The notes beneath the pieces are model-generated. The model did not search any database. It worked only from the letters and a program-made list of their open reading frames with translations, and had not been told where the DNA came from. From the NCBI GenBank assembly GCA_951406725.2, contig OX597838.1, positions 32,302,001 through 32,366,000 on the forward strand: 64,000 bases of DNA, given 5' to 3'. Numbering within the stretch: position 1 is the first letter of the stretch; each line of letters begins with the position of its first letter. The translations under genes were made by a program, and so were the position numbers. This document shows positions 63,379 through 64,000 of this stretch, piece after piece. This DNA comes from Octopus vulgaris. Lineage: Eukaryota.

Positions 63379-63542
63379 AAATGAGAAAATGGAGAAATAT
63401 ATCTAAATCAATCATCAACCATCAGATAATACCCAATCAATACTTTATTAAACCATTACACAATAGCAATGATATTCTACATTAATATAGTACAAATATA
63501 ACAAGACATAGAAATAGAAATAGAAATACATTTACATTGTAG

Positions 63543-63651
63543 CTGACAGCTGTTTCGGCCGTGGAGACAGGTATGTCCCATTTAACCTATTAGCCATATA
63601 AAGCAGGTATAAATGAGACATTAACAAGAATGTCTCACGGCCTCTTCAGAG
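63543..63651 (-). ncRNA. Type I hammerhead with extended stem II, in a Penelope-like remnant
   Basis: Minus strand ct-CTGAAGA-ggccgtg(~76 nt)cacggcc-GAAA-cagctg-TC-ag; stem I is weak. Confidence 0.55.
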
Positions 63652-63711
63652 AATTTAATGCAAGTATATATATATATATACATACACACACACATACTCA
63701 CATACACACAT

Positions 63712-64000
63712 GAGGCTTGGCTGAGAAGTCCACAGGCTGACCAAGATACTCCCATGAAATGTCACTAGATGAGGTTTATTTTTCAACATAGTCCCTCTTG
63801 CGGACACACACTTATTCCGTCAGTATTGCATGTGCTTGGGCCTCATTGGTAAAGAAATTTTTATCCTATTGGTCAAAAATATCATTAATTGCAGATATGA
63901 CATCATCATCATCACCGTGATGCTGGTTCCCAGCCAAAATGATTTTTCATATTGAGGAACAGATGATAATCAGATGGGACCAAATCAGAAAAATAGGGAG
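63712..64000 (-). mobile_element. Decayed mariner 3' end (runs off the window)
   Basis: Minus strand ends ...VCVRKRDYVEK*, like the mariner C-terminal GDYVEK, followed by a TIR-like end. Confidence 0.55.

Overview
Repeat-dominated, AT-rich animal genomic DNA with no intact host protein-coding gene that I can recognise. The SINE families and the dense (TA)n/(TACA)n/(CA)n/trinucleotide microsatellites suggest an octopus (cephalopod) genome; this is an inference from the repeat landscape only. Almost all ORFs in the track are translations of microsatellites or SINEs. Real coding remnants are all from transposons: RTE-clade, R4/Dong and CRE-like LINE 3' ends, a decayed full-length DD34D mariner, and a decayed full-length DD36E Tc1-like element. 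Non-coding mobile elements include at least four tRNA-derived SINE or SINE-like families, GG..CC MITEs with 8-9 bp target-site duplications (TSDs), a piggyBac-like MITE, a Helitron, a Helentron-like element and a solo LTR. The most interesting signal is a set of minimal type I hammerhead ribozymes (HHRs) of the kind associated with Penelope-like elements. They include (i) a tRNA-headed non-autonomous element that carries an HHR and shows an inverted structure in all four copies, (ii) HHRs whose core 3:8 pair is swapped to G3:C8 or U3:A8, and (iii) a canonical HHR inside a circularly permuted unit. All folds were made by eye, and no ribozyme activity has been shown.
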